Positions 37,322 through 46,984 of a DNA stretch of 51,344 nucleotides are shown one piece after another (the first letter of the stretch is position 1; every line of letters begins with the position of its first letter). Where the stretch lies: NCBI GenBank assembly GCA_040905965.1, contig JBBDQP010000007.1, positions 8,042-59,385 of the forward strand, written 5' to 3'. Below the pieces are notes generated by a model. That model did not search any database. It had not been told where the DNA came from and saw only the letters and a program-made list of their open reading frames with translations. Origin of the DNA: Acidimicrobiia bacterium. GTDB taxonomy: Bacteria; Actinomycetota; Acidimicrobiia; Spongiisociales; ZC4RG35. A program made the position numbers and the translations under genes.

Positions 37322-38697
37322 AGCGCTACGAGAACCTTGTCGTCGGCGGTGGAATGGCTGGCCTCCCACTGGCATTGCGGGCGGCGCGCCATGGGTCTAC
37401 TGCGTTCGTCGAGCGGGAGCGTCTGGGCGGGACATGTCTCAACCGCGGGTGCATTCCCACCAAGACCATGATCGCTTCGGCCTCTCTTGCCCACCGCATT
37501 GGTCGAGCCAGCGAGTTTGGGATCGAGGTGGGACCGGCCACCGTGGATCTCGGGGCGGTCGTCGACCGCAAGGACACCCTTGTCGAGTCCATACGCGCAG
37601 GCTCGTACCGGGCGGTGGAGAAAGCCAGCGACCTCGACTTCTATGAGGGACACGGAACGTTCCTGCGTGGCCGCAGCATGAAGGTCGGTGACGAGGTCAT
37701 CGTCGCCGATCGGATCTTTCTCAACACTGGGACCAGGGACGCAGTCTCAAACATCGAAGGCCTCGACGCCGTCCCCCACTTGACATCCCGCACCATCCTC
37801 GACCTCCGACTGTTGCCCGAGCATCTCGTCGTCGTCGGCGGTGGCTTCGTCGGGTGCGAAATGGCCCAGATGTTCTCGCGTTTTGGCGCGCACGTCACCA
37901 TCGTCCAGCGAGGGCCTCGACTGCTCGAGTCCGAAGATCCCGAGGCCTCCGAGGTCGTCGAGACGGCATTCCGCCTCGAGGGCATCGATGTTCTCACCGA
38001 CACCGCGTGTGTCGCTGTGGAGCCGACCGACCAGGGGGTTCGCGTGCACTGTCGCGGCGCCGAGGACACGTTCATCGTGGCGTCCCATCTCCTCGTGGCA
38101 GCCGGCCGAACCCCGAACAGCGACGAACTCGGACTCGAGTACCTCGAAGTTGCGACCGACTCCGTCGGCTTCGTTCCCGTCGACGATCGGCTCAGAACCT
38201 CGGCTGACGGGGTTTGGGCGCTCGGTGATCTACGTGGTGGACCCATGTTCACCCACACTGCCCGACACGACGCCGACGTGATCATCGGCAATCTCTTCAG
38301 GGGCGTCGACTCTTCCATCGCTGGTCGCGTGGTGCCTCACGCGGTGTTCGTCGACCCGGAAGTGGCCTCGGTGGGATTGACCGAGGACGAGGCAAAGGCC
38401 GCGGGCTACCCGGTGACGGTCGGTCGCCAGGAGTTCCGAGGCGTCGCCAAGGCGAGGGCCATCGGCGAGACAGACGGTTTTGTGAAGATCATCGCGGATT
38501 CTGTCAGCGGGATGCTGCTGGGCTGTCACATCGTTGGCCCTGATGCCGGCAATCTGATCCACGAAGCGGTCATCGCCATGGTGGCGTCTGCCCCGGCCAC
38601 CGTCCTGCGCGACGCGATCCACGTGCATCCCACATTGGCTGAGTCGGTCAACGCCGCCGCTGGCGGGGTCCATCGGCCGGCGGCGGCCGACGACTGA
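37318..38697 (+). CDS. Flavoprotein disulfide reductase (MerA/Lpd-like, no C-terminal CC)
   Basis: GGGMAG, GGTCLNRGCIP, GGGFVGCE, HVHPTLAE. Confidence 0.9.
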   Translation: MKRYENLVVGGGMAGLPLALRAARHGSTAFVERERLGGTCLNRGCIPTKTMIASASLAHRIGRASEFGIEVGPATVDLGAVVDRKDTLVESIRAGSYRAVEKASDLDFYEGHGTFLRGRSMKVGDEVIVADRIFLNTGTRDAVSNIEGLDAVPHLTSRTILDLRLLPEHLVVVGGGFVGCEMAQMFSRFGAHVTIVQRGPRLLESEDPEASEVVETAFRLEGIDVLTDTACVAVEPTDQGVRVHCRGAEDTFIVASHLLVAAGRTPNSDELGLEYLEVATDSVGFVPVDDRLRTSADGVWALGDLRGGPMFTHTARHDADVIIGNLFRGVDSSIAGRVVPHAVFVDPEVASVGLTEDEAKAAGYPVTVGRQEFRGVAKARAIGETDGFVKIIADSVSGMLLGCHIVGPDAGNLIHEAVIAMVASAPATVLRDAIHVHPTLAESVNAAAGGVHRPAAADD

Positions 38698-38731
38698 ACA
38701 TGCGAGCGGGGGCCCGTGGGACGGGCAGCCC

Positions 38732-39289
38732 TCAGGGAGCAGGCGGGAGATCCAGTTCGGTTCCGACGAGGTGGTTGAAGTAGTTGGTGAGGATGGTTCT
38801 GACGACTTCGACGTAGGCGTCGAGGATCTCCTCTTCGCTCCAACCAGCGGCGAGGGCGTCGGACCACACCGACTCGTCGACACAGCCGCGGTTGTCTGCG
38901 ATCTGTCTGCTCAGGGTGAGCAGCGCCTGCAGCTTGGGATTGTCGGGGAGCGAGCCCTGACGGATTGCGACCGTCTCCTCGATGCTGAATCCGGCCTTCT
39001 TGGCCGCGCCGGTGTACGCCGCCTGGCAGTAGTCGCAGTCGTTCACCGCCGCCACTGTCAAGTGGATCGCCTGGCGGGCGGCGTTGTCGAGGTTGGAGTG
39101 CTCCGCGAGGTGGGTTTCGACGAGGTCGTAGACGTTCATCAGGGCAGGAGAGTTCGCCATCGCTCCGAAGATGTTGATGACCTTGCCCACCCGCTTCGCC
39201 TGATTGGCAAGTGCCGCCCTGCTTGCCTCGGGAGCCGAGTCGAGGTCATGGACGGTGAGGCGACTGGTTGTGGTGTGTTCGACGGTCAT
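38732..39289 (-). CDS. Carboxymuconolactone decarboxylase/AhpD-family protein (CxxC)
   Basis: VAAVNDCDYCQAAY, TILTNYFNH. Confidence 0.88.
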   Translation of the reverse strand: MTVEHTTTSRLTVHDLDSAPEASRAALANQAKRVGKVINIFGAMANSPALMNVYDLVETHLAEHSNLDNAARQAIHLTVAAVNDCDYCQAAYTGAAKKAGFSIEETVAIRQGSLPDNPKLQALLTLSRQIADNRGCVDESVWSDALAAGWSEEEILDAYVEVVRTILTNYFNHLVGTELDLPPAP

Positions 39290-39795
39290 ACCAGGGCTCC
39301 GTACACGAGGGCTGCGATCAGTCCGTAGACGACGTGGCCAACGATCAGTCCCATCGGGGTCATGGCACCCCAGCGCGCTCCGAAGAACCCTGGTGCACTC
39401 AGGACGACAGTGCCATCCGATGTGTCTACGGCGGGCCCGTCGGAGTCAGCGGTCATGCGAGGGTGCATGGCGGGCATCATCGGCATGCCGATCGCCCCGA
39501 CTACGACGCCGTGAGCGGCCCCGATGAGGATGCCGGTCAAGACGGAAGACGAACCAAACGCGGTGAAGAGTGCGCCGTATGCGATCCCGAAGACGATGGT
39601 TCCCAACACTACGTAGTGGATCATGGCTCCGATGCGTCGTGCCCGATCGGGGTCTCCGCTCATCATCGCCCCGGTGACCAATGTCATCGGAGGCATCCTG
39701 GTCATCCCGGCGGATGCGGACATGGTCATCATGGCCGACATCACCAGCGTGGCGACCAGTCCGGCAACCAGGGCCGGGAACAATTCGAACGTCAT
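39286..39795 (-). CDS. Met/His-rich membrane protein
   Basis: 4 TMs with conserved-looking His (IHYV, AHGV, GHVVYG); GAGGAG RBS. Confidence 0.75.
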   Translation of the reverse strand: MTFELFPALVAGLVATLVMSAMMTMSASAGMTRMPPMTLVTGAMMSGDPDRARRIGAMIHYVVLGTIVFGIAYGALFTAFGSSSVLTGILIGAAHGVVVGAIGMPMMPAMHPRMTADSDGPAVDTSDGTVVLSAPGFFGARWGAMTPMGLIVGHVVYGLIAALVYGALV

Positions 39796-39823
39796 GGTTT
39801 CTCCTCTTCTTGTACGAAGAAGA

Positions 39824-40684
39824 TCAACCGTTCGAATGCTCGGAGGCCTCCCACTCTGTCGGGGAGCCGACCTTTGCGCTCCTGCCCCACAGCCATCCGA
39901 GGATGGCGATCGCTCCAATGACAACTGCGACGAGTCCGGCGTTGTCTGCCAAGAATCCGGTCACGGACGCCGAGGTGCGATCGATCCAGCGGACCAGTCC
40001 GGTCGAACCCAAGGCGACGCCACCGCCGGAAAGGATCGTCGCCCAATACCAGACGATGAACACACCAGCGACCGTCATCACCAGGCCCGAGATGGTGTCC
40101 ATGTGGCGCGCCAGACTTCGAATCTTCGCCAGAACTGTCTTCTTCCCACCCGCCACGACGAACGTCACGCCCGTGACTGCGGTTGCCATTCCCGCTCCGT
40201 AGGCGGTGAATGCGAGGACCGATGTCGACAGAGCTTCTGCGGACACGATTCCACCGACCAGGCTGAGAAAGATAGGGAGCGTGCAGGACAGCGAGGCGAT
40301 GGCGTAGGACACGCCGAAGACAAACATGCCTCCCACCGAGCCGCTCTTGCGGGCCCGTGAAACACCTGGGACGGTGGGGAGCAGTCGGCGTCCGAGAAGC
40401 TGGGCGATTCCGACCACGATGAGGCCCAGTCCGACTGCCAGCGCCAGCCACGGGATGGCATCGACCACCGCTCGGAGTCCAAACGAGATGAGCGCCCCCG
40501 CCACCGTGAACACCACCAGAAACCCCGATGCCACCGAGAGTGCGACGACTCCGGTGCGCTCCACCCGACGCTCCGCGCCGTCGCCGAGGAAGAACCCGAG
40601 GTAGGCCGGGAGCATGGCGAAGCCACATGGATTGACGGTGGCAACCATGCCTGCGGCGAAGGCGGTGGAGAGGAGTGCAGTCAT
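39824..40684 (-). CDS. ccdA: CcdA-like cytochrome c biogenesis / thiol-redox membrane protein
   Basis: VNPCGFAMLPAYL and SLSCTLPIF motifs. Confidence 0.88.
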   Translation of the reverse strand: MTALLSTAFAAGMVATVNPCGFAMLPAYLGFFLGDGAERRVERTGVVALSVASGFLVVFTVAGALISFGLRAVVDAIPWLALAVGLGLIVVGIAQLLGRRLLPTVPGVSRARKSGSVGGMFVFGVSYAIASLSCTLPIFLSLVGGIVSAEALSTSVLAFTAYGAGMATAVTGVTFVVAGGKKTVLAKIRSLARHMDTISGLVMTVAGVFIVWYWATILSGGGVALGSTGLVRWIDRTSASVTGFLADNAGLVAVVIGAIAILGWLWGRSAKVGSPTEWEASEHSNG

Positions 40685-40694
40685 TGGCTCTTCA

Positions 40695-40741
40695 AACGCT
40701 CAGCAACGACGAGTGAAGCGTTGATGGTCGCACATCCGACG
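40695..40741 (-). promoter_or_regulatory. Box + N28 + GTT promoter for the ccdA operon
   Basis: GGTCGcacatcCGACG 40726-40741; minus-strand GTT ends 40695; ATG 40684. Confidence 0.65.
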
Positions 40742-40742
40742 G

Positions 40743-41486
40743 TCAGCTCTCGACTGGCGGGTCGGCGAGTTGGGCCTGGGAGATGTCGACAACGTCCGAT
40801 GTGGCGAACAGTCCGAGGGTGTCGAGGCCGAAATGATCACGCCAGAGTGCCGCGGGAACCGCGATGTCGGCGAGGAGCAACGTGGTGTCGGATGGCAGGC
40901 GCACGAATCCCGACTTCGGAAGGGCGAGCGTGAGGATCACATCCGGCCCCACGACGGCGCCGGGCGATTCACCCGTAGTGGCGTCGCTTCCCGAGGGAAC
41001 GTCGAGGGAGATGACTGTTGACGCCGAGGCATTCATCCAGTCGATCAGCTCGGCTGCTCGTCCGGTGGGTGCGTCGGTGAGTCCGTATCCGATGAGACCG
41101 TCGACGATCACCGCGCCCGGTTCAGACGGCAGCCGGGTGGACGGGCGGCTTCCGATGGCTTCGAGCGACGTCGCTTGGTGAGCGGCGGCGCCAGTGAGAC
41201 GCCCGGGCTCTCGATCTAGCACGGTCGTCACATCGAACCCGAAACCTCGCAGCCTGCGAGCGGCCGCCATCGCTCCGCCTCCGTTACCGCCTCCCCCTGC
41301 GACGACAGTCACAGGGGGAGGCGACGAGTCGAGACGATCCTGGGCGATGCGGGCCAGCGCCCGGCCCGCCAGTTCCATCATCTGGAGGAGATCGATGCCG
41401 TACGGCCCTGTGGCCAGACGATCTGCCTCTGCCATCTGATCGGCGGTGACAGTCGGTACCCCTCCTGTGAACTGTGGGGCTATCAC
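40743..41486 (-). CDS. nnrE: NAD(P)H-hydrate epimerase (stand-alone YjeF_N)
   Basis: MMELAG, GGGGNGG, IVDGLIGYG, SLDVPSG, LADIAVP; start approximate. Confidence 0.85.
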   Translation of the reverse strand: MIAPQFTGGVPTVTADQMAEADRLATGPYGIDLLQMMELAGRALARIAQDRLDSSPPPVTVVAGGGGNGGGAMAAARRLRGFGFDVTTVLDREPGRLTGAAAHQATSLEAIGSRPSTRLPSEPGAVIVDGLIGYGLTDAPTGRAAELIDWMNASASTVISLDVPSGSDATTGESPGAVVGPDVILTLALPKSGFVRLPSDTTLLLADIAVPAALWRDHFGLDTLGLFATSDVVDISQAQLADPPVES

Positions 41487-41499
41487 AGTTGCCTCGTAG

Positions 41500-41546
41500 T
41501 GTCGGACACCCGACACAATCGACGGTCGAGTTCTCTCCCCGACGTT
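41500..41546 (+). promoter_or_regulatory. Perfect TGTCG-N6-CGACA box + N28 + GTT promoter
   Basis: TGTCGgacaccCGACA; GTT ends 41546; ATG 41556. Confidence 0.75.
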
Positions 41547-41555
41547 GCCCACACC

Positions 41556-42341
41556 ATGACAGAGTCCACATCACCCAATGTTCTGAGCGCCGGATGGTCG
41601 ATCCTCACGTCCCTCATCCGTGTTCGCGCTCCAAGGCCGCACGGCGACGCGACCGTCGACCACTCCCGCTTCGGCAAAGTTCTCGAGTCGTTGCAGGGCG
41701 ACGTGATCGGCCGTCTTCCTGCCGCCGGCGAGGAACTGGCCGTGTATCTGGACGAGATGGAATCGGTCGATCCCGACACGCTCACCGTCGGCGAGTCGCT
41801 GGCGTTCTGGATCAACGTGTACAACGCGGCTGCCCTCAGATTGGGAGCGGACGCGGCGCGGGACGGTGTCCCCACGGTGTTCGGAATCCCCGGTGGCTTC
41901 ACCTCGCCGACTGTGACAATCGCCGGCGAGGCGCTCTCGCTGGACCAGATCGAACACGCCAAGGTGCGACGGTTCGGAGACCCTCGCATCCACGCCGGGC
42001 TGGTGTGTGGCGCGATGTCATGTCCGACGTTGCGACGTGAGCCGTTCGCCGGTGACGTCGACGCCCAACTCGACGACCAGATGCGTCGTTTTCTGACGGA
42101 CGGGGCATTGGTCATCGTCGAGGCGGAAAACCGCGTGATGCTCTCGTCGATTTTCGCCTGGTTCGGGAGAGATTTCGTCAAGCCCCACCGCATGCCCACG
42201 CTGCTGCCTGCTCGCCGGCGGACCGTGTTGGCGGCGCTCACGCCGTGGATGGACAACGATGCTGCGTCGTGGATTGAAGGCGCGAATCCGACCATCAGCT
42301 TCTCCAGTTACGACTGGCGACTCGGTTGTGCCATCGCCTGA
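41556..42341 (+). CDS. DUF547 domain-containing protein
   Basis: LAFWINVYNA, LSLDQIEH, DPRIHAGLVCGAMSCP, SSIFAWF, YDWRL. Confidence 0.9.
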   Translation: MTESTSPNVLSAGWSILTSLIRVRAPRPHGDATVDHSRFGKVLESLQGDVIGRLPAAGEELAVYLDEMESVDPDTLTVGESLAFWINVYNAAALRLGADAARDGVPTVFGIPGGFTSPTVTIAGEALSLDQIEHAKVRRFGDPRIHAGLVCGAMSCPTLRREPFAGDVDAQLDDQMRRFLTDGALVIVEAENRVMLSSIFAWFGRDFVKPHRMPTLLPARRRTVLAALTPWMDNDAASWIEGANPTISFSSYDWRLGCAIA

Positions 42342-42949
42342 CGGGCATCGGCACCGGAGCGTCTTCGCACGCCGAACGTGAGCGTGGTGATGGCGATGAC
42401 GGCGGCCGCCATGTCGTAGGGGAGGATGTAGCGCCACATGGCGTCACCGTCGACGAGCCATCCGCCTGCCGGGGTGTATCCGACCGCATTCAGATAGGTC
42501 GCCACCGACCACACACAGACGACAACGATCATTCCACCCGCCGCCCAGCCGGCGATCCGTCCGGCTGCGAGCCTTGCTCCGATTGCGGTCGCACCGGCGA
42601 CCCAGGCGATGTCGAGTGCCGAGAGGAGTTGCAGGAATTGCATGGACGGATCGAGGCGCAGTGCGGCCGAAGACGCCAGGGTCACGAGTGCGACGGCCCC
42701 GGTCGCCAGCACCACCAGCGAGACGGCAGATCCGAAGAGGCTCGCCTGCGGACTGAGCCCGCTGAACCACGGGGTGTCGAGTTCTTCCACCAATGCCATG
42801 GTCAGCACCAGTCCGTAGGCGACCAGAACCGTCAAATGGAACAGGATCCATAGAGTCGATCCATGCGGCGTGGGCAGAGCGAGGAGCAGCGGGGTGCCGA
42901 CCAGCCCGGCGATCAACCACCGAATCGACCGGCCGACCGCCCGTTCCAT
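42308..42949 (-). CDS. Hypothetical multi-pass membrane protein
   Basis: About 6 hydrophobic segments; start coupled to upstream stop. Confidence 0.65.
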   Translation of the reverse strand: MERAVGRSIRWLIAGLVGTPLLLALPTPHGSTLWILFHLTVLVAYGLVLTMALVEELDTPWFSGLSPQASLFGSAVSLVVLATGAVALVTLASSAALRLDPSMQFLQLLSALDIAWVAGATAIGARLAAGRIAGWAAGGMIVVVCVWSVATYLNAVGYTPAGGWLVDGDAMWRYILPYDMAAAVIAITTLTFGVRRRSGADARQAMAQPSRQS

Positions 42950-44370
42950 CACAGGAATTCGTGACCGAATTCGTCCCGGTACGCCTCGAGCAACCGCAGC
43001 CACACTTCGCTCAGTGTCGGGAATGACGGCACCGCGTGCCACAGGGTGTCGAGCGGAACCTCGCCCACTATCGCGATCGTTGCACTGTGGAGGATCTCAC
43101 CGACCTGCGGACCGACGAAGGTCGCACCAACCAGCGTGTGAGTGTCGGCGTTCACAACCAAGGTGCAGGTTCCGCGATACCCCTTGCCGAGGGTGGCGGC
43201 ACCGGCCGTGTGGCCGATGTCGTAGGAGACGGTTCGCACGTTGAGGCCAGCCTCCTTCGCCGCCGCGGTGGTCATACCGACCGCCGCGACCTGAGGGTTG
43301 GTGAAAACGACTCGTGGTGTCGCCTTCGTATCTCCCCACGCCGACGTCTTCGCCCCTGCGATGTGGGCACCTGCCACCCGCGCCTGGTACTTGCCGGTGT
43401 GAGTGAGGAGGGAGCGGGCGTTGACGTCGCCGACGGCGTACAGCCAGTCCCCTTCGACTCCGGTGACCAGCAAGTGATCGTCGACATCGACGTACTTCCC
43501 GTCTTCGAGTCCGACACTGCTCAGTCCGATGTCCGCCGTGTTGGGCTTTCGGCCGGTCGCGACGAGAAGTTCGTCTGCCTCTATCGACACTTCGGAGCCG
43601 TCGGAGAGTGTCACGTCGATCGTCACCGGCCCGTCGGTGCCTTCGCGGCGCACCTCGGTGGTGTTGGCTTCGGTGTGGACCGTGATTCCGATACGTTCGA
43701 ACGATTTCCGGAGTTCTTCTCCGACAAACGGCTCTTCCACCGCCAGGAGGCGGTCGCCGAGTTCGATGATCGTGACTTCCTCGCTGCCGAGTGTCTTCCA
43801 CGCCTGGGCCATCTCCGCCCCCACGACTCCTCCTCCGATGATCAGCAGTCGACGGGGGACCTCCTTGGCAGTGGTCACATCCCGACTGTCCCATGCGCCG
43901 ACATCAGAGAGTCCCGGGATGGGAGGCATCGAGGCGGAAGTTCCGGTTGCGAGGATCACGCCTTTGGTCGCCACGAACCGGTCGACGGAGCCATCCGTCT
44001 GTTCGACCTCGACCGCGCGTTCTCCGACGAGGCGGCCGTGCCCGCGCAACAGCGTCACGCCCACGCCCTCCAGCCAGGACACCTGACCTTCGTCGTCCCA
44101 GTTTCCCGCCAGAGCATTGCGACGGGCGAGAGCGTCATCGATGTCGATTGTTCCGCCGGTGAAGCCGGGAGTGCGCCCGGCGGCATCGAGCACGTCTCCG
44201 GGTCTTAGAAGCGCCTTGGAAGGCATGCATGCCCAGTACGAACATTCCCCTCCGACGAGTTCTCGCTCGACGATGGCGGTCGAGAGGCCATGGCGTACCG
44301 CCACATCGGCGGCATTCTCACCGGCCGGTCCTGCTCCGAGGACGATGACGTCGAATTGCTGTTCGGACAT
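42949..44370 (-). CDS. Pyridine nucleotide-disulfide oxidoreductase (Lpd-like)
   Basis: GAGPAGE, GGECSYWACMPSK, GGGVVGAE, HAVPSFPT. Confidence 0.92.
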   Translation of the reverse strand: MSEQQFDVIVLGAGPAGENAADVAVRHGLSTAIVERELVGGECSYWACMPSKALLRPGDVLDAAGRTPGFTGGTIDIDDALARRNALAGNWDDEGQVSWLEGVGVTLLRGHGRLVGERAVEVEQTDGSVDRFVATKGVILATGTSASMPPIPGLSDVGAWDSRDVTTAKEVPRRLLIIGGGVVGAEMAQAWKTLGSEEVTIIELGDRLLAVEEPFVGEELRKSFERIGITVHTEANTTEVRREGTDGPVTIDVTLSDGSEVSIEADELLVATGRKPNTADIGLSSVGLEDGKYVDVDDHLLVTGVEGDWLYAVGDVNARSLLTHTGKYQARVAGAHIAGAKTSAWGDTKATPRVVFTNPQVAAVGMTTAAAKEAGLNVRTVSYDIGHTAGAATLGKGYRGTCTLVVNADTHTLVGATFVGPQVGEILHSATIAIVGEVPLDTLWHAVPSFPTLSEVWLRLLEAYRDEFGHEFL

Positions 44371-44401
44371 GAAAGCTCCCTCTCTGGTTCTTCACGGGTC
44401 C

Positions 44402-44539
44402 AACAGACGGCGATACCACCGCGATGTCAGATCGTCAGCCACCCGACAGTCTGGTTGGCCTGCTTCGGCAGGGAGTTGCGCGACCGATGAACCGTCGGCT
44501 CTCCGACACTGGGACCGAACTTCTGGCTTTCGGTCGGTT
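44402..44539. promoter_or_regulatory. Two divergent box + N28 + GTT promoters
   Basis: CGTCAgccaccCGACA 44433-44448 (minus GTT ends 44402); CGTCGgctctcCGACA 44493-44508 (plus GTT ends 44539). Confidence 0.7.
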
Positions 44540-44584
44540 GAAGGGTGCGAACAAGGAGTACGACCGATGAGATGGAGGAAGAAG

Positions 44585-44869
44585 ATGGCGAAGAAGGCGA
44601 CACTGGGCGATGTGACTCTGGCCGAGGCAGACGAGGTGGTATCGGTGGAGGGCAACGCGTACTTTCCTCCGGAGACCATCCACTGGGACCATCTGACCGA
44701 GAGCGACCACACGACGGTGTGCCCTTGGAAGGGACAGGCGAGCTACTTCGACGCTGTGATCGACGGGGAGACCTATCGCAACGTCGGCTGGACCTATCGC
44801 ACGCCGAGCGACAAGGCGAAGGCGATCACCGGCCACGTCGCATTCTGGGGCAAGGTCAAGGTCACCTGA
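44585..44869 (+). CDS. DUF427 domain-containing protein
   Basis: VEGNAYFPP, TVCPWKGQASY, WTYRTP, HVAFW. Confidence 0.92.
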   Translation: MAKKATLGDVTLAEADEVVSVEGNAYFPPETIHWDHLTESDHTTVCPWKGQASYFDAVIDGETYRNVGWTYRTPSDKAKAITGHVAFWGKVKVT

Positions 44870-44875
44870 GGGTTC

Positions 44876-45094
44876 TCAGTGGAGCGTCCTGAGCGCCATG
44901 AAGGCGACGGCCAGGAGCGTCGCTCCGGTCACGAGAAGGCGAGCATCGGCATGATGTCTCGTCAGGTACAGCCCGATGGCAGAGATCGACAGGATGGCGA
45001 CCACCTGGATGGCCACTCCGGCGTCGGTGGTTGGAAGCAAGAAATCGATGAGGTTCACGACATGTCCTCCAATGAGAAGCAAAACCGGGACCAC
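44876..45094 (-). CDS. Small hypothetical membrane protein
   Basis: Two TM segments; start uncertain (GTG near 45061 after GGAGGA also plausible). Confidence 0.45.
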   Translation of the reverse strand: MVPVLLLIGGHVVNLIDFLLPTTDAGVAIQVVAILSISAIGLYLTRHHADARLLVTGATLLAVAFMALRTLH

Positions 45095-45113
45095 GGAACC
45101 TCACGCATGCGAG

Positions 45114-45160
45114 GGTCGGATTGCCGACAGTCGGCGAGCACGCGGCCTGCCGGCATCGTT
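45114..45160 (+). promoter_or_regulatory. Box + N28 + GTT promoter for DUF3179-tlpA-crp
   Basis: GGTCGgattgcCGACA; GTT ends 45160; ATG 45170. Confidence 0.7.
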
Positions 45161-45169
45161 GGAGCCGGC

Positions 45170-46405
45170 ATGAAGCTGAGATACGGGATCGTACTGATAG
45201 CCCTGGTTGCGTCCGCCTGCTCCGGAGGGGCTGTGTCGGAAAGCACCGAGGCGGCCGAGCCGGACCCGGCGACCACGACCACATCTGAGGCGCTCGAAGA
45301 ACCGACGGCGACCCTGCCTCCGGTCGAGCTCCCTGCGGACGGCTTTCCCGAAGGGGACTCTGCACTCGATGACATGACTGCCGACAGCTTCCCCCCGCCA
45401 CTGATCGATGTCGAAGAGATCATCTCGGGCGGCCCGCCGCCTGATGGAATCCCGCCGGTGGACGAGCCGGTGTTCACCGACGTCGCTTCGGCTGACGAGT
45501 ATCTGAGCGATGAGGAGCCCGTGGTCGTCCTGGACATCGATGGTGACGCCCGCGCCTATCCGATCCAGATCATGATTTGGCACGAGATCGTCAACGACGT
45601 CGTCGGAGATGTACCGGTCTCCGTCACCTACTGCCCCCTGTGCAACAGCGCTGTTTCTTATGTGCGCACCATTGGCGGACACGAAACGACCTTCGGTACG
45701 TCCGGTCGTCTCTTTGCCTCCGCTCTCGTCATGTATGACAGGGCGACCGAGACACTGTGGACGCATTTCGACGGGAAGGCCGTCGTGGGCGTGCTCACCG
45801 GACACCGGCTCGAGCCTGTTGCCTCCCCGCTGCTGTCGTGGGCGGACTTCAAAGAGGCCTACCCAGACGGGAAGGTGCTCGATCGGGACGAGACCGGATT
45901 CGGGCGGCCGTACGGCAACAACCCGTACCAGGGCTATGACAACCCCAGTTCCTTCCCCTTCCTCTTCACCGGAGACGTCGACGATCGCTCCCGGGCGATG
46001 CAGCGGGTGGTCGGAGTCCGAGACGGCGACGATGCCCGCGCCTGGACGCTCGATGTGATCTCTGGCGAAACGGCCGCTGTGACCAACACCGAAGTCGGAG
46101 ACACCGAACTGGCGATCTTTTGGTCGGCCGGGCAGTCGAGCGCGTTGGAGTCTCTCCAGACGGCGTCCGGACGCGATGTCGGATCGGTGGGCGTATTCTC
46201 GCCGGTCATCGACGGTCGGACCTTGACGTTCACCGCGGCGGATGGCGCGTACCTCGATGAACAGACCGGCTCGACGTGGAATATCACCGGTCGAGCGGTC
46301 GACGGCGAACTGGCGGGATCACAACTCGAGCGAATTCCGCATCTGGACACGTTCTGGTTCGCCTGGTCGACCTATGCCCCCGGCACCGACCTGATCGAGG
46401 AGTGA
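45170..46405 (+). CDS. DUF3179 domain-containing lipoprotein (copy 3)
   Basis: VASAC lipobox, SGGPPPDGIP, TYCPLCNS, TFWFAW; close paralog of copy 2. Confidence 0.92.
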   Translation: MKLRYGIVLIALVASACSGGAVSESTEAAEPDPATTTTSEALEEPTATLPPVELPADGFPEGDSALDDMTADSFPPPLIDVEEIISGGPPPDGIPPVDEPVFTDVASADEYLSDEEPVVVLDIDGDARAYPIQIMIWHEIVNDVVGDVPVSVTYCPLCNSAVSYVRTIGGHETTFGTSGRLFASALVMYDRATETLWTHFDGKAVVGVLTGHRLEPVASPLLSWADFKEAYPDGKVLDRDETGFGRPYGNNPYQGYDNPSSFPFLFTGDVDDRSRAMQRVVGVRDGDDARAWTLDVISGETAAVTNTEVGDTELAIFWSAGQSSALESLQTASGRDVGSVGVFSPVIDGRTLTFTAADGAYLDEQTGSTWNITGRAVDGELAGSQLERIPHLDTFWFAWSTYAPGTDLIEE

Positions 46406-46406
46406 G

Positions 46407-46931
46407 ATGGAACGTCGGCGCAAGCTGATCGTCGCCGCTGCGGGGGTCGTGGTCCTCGTCGTCGGGCTCGCCGCCTTCTGGCCCACCGGAGACGACGCCG
46501 GAGCATCCTCCCAGTCCGCCTCGCAACTCGACGTTCCGTTCCAGTTCGTCGACGGGTCCGATGCAAACCTCGCCGACTTCGCCGGCAAGCCTCTCGTCGT
46601 CAACTTCTGGGCCTCCTGGTGTCCTGCGTGCGTGGCGGAGATGCCCGACTTCGAACAGGTTCACGCCGCACTCGGCGACCAGGTGGTCTTCTTAGGCATG
46701 AACATGCAGGAGACCGACGCGCAGGCGGCGGATGCGCTCGTCGACCAGACCGGTGTCAGCTATCAGCTCGGGCTCGACCCTGACGGTCGGATCTTCAACA
46801 CCTTTGGTGGTATCGCCATGCCGACGACGGTGTTCATCGACGCAGACGGAAATGTGGTGAAGACCCACGCCGGTGCGATCTTCGCCGAAGATCTCGAGGA
46901 GATGATCCGGACTGAACTGCTGGCGTCGTGA
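46407..46931 (+). CDS. TlpA-family membrane-anchored disulfide reductase
   Basis: VVNFWASWCPACVAEMP, MPTTVFID. Confidence 0.92.
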   Translation: MERRRKLIVAAAGVVVLVVGLAAFWPTGDDAGASSQSASQLDVPFQFVDGSDANLADFAGKPLVVNFWASWCPACVAEMPDFEQVHAALGDQVVFLGMNMQETDAQAADALVDQTGVSYQLGLDPDGRIFNTFGGIAMPTTVFIDADGNVVKTHAGAIFAEDLEEMIRTELLAS

Positions 46932-46984
46932 GCCCCCAGTCCGGCGTTGGGTCGACGACACATCCGCTACGTTGGGCTGATCTC

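Noticed and set aside
37318-38697. Calling this gene merA
   Set aside because: It lacks the C-terminal vicinal Cys pair and NmerA domain.
40695-40722. Hairpin upstream of ccdA as a riboswitch
   Set aside because: No recognisable aptamer consensus, and it overlaps the predicted promoter of a leaderless gene.
42330-42341. DUF547 ends ...GCAIA-TGA; other TGA stops (TlpA, CcdA, DsbA, DUF427) checked for read-through
   Set aside because: Domains are already complete at these stops and there is no downstream in-frame homology.
20959-46405. Possible Sec in DUF3179 proteins, a family that includes selenoproteins
   Set aside because: All three copies have uninterrupted CPLC and no in-frame TGA.
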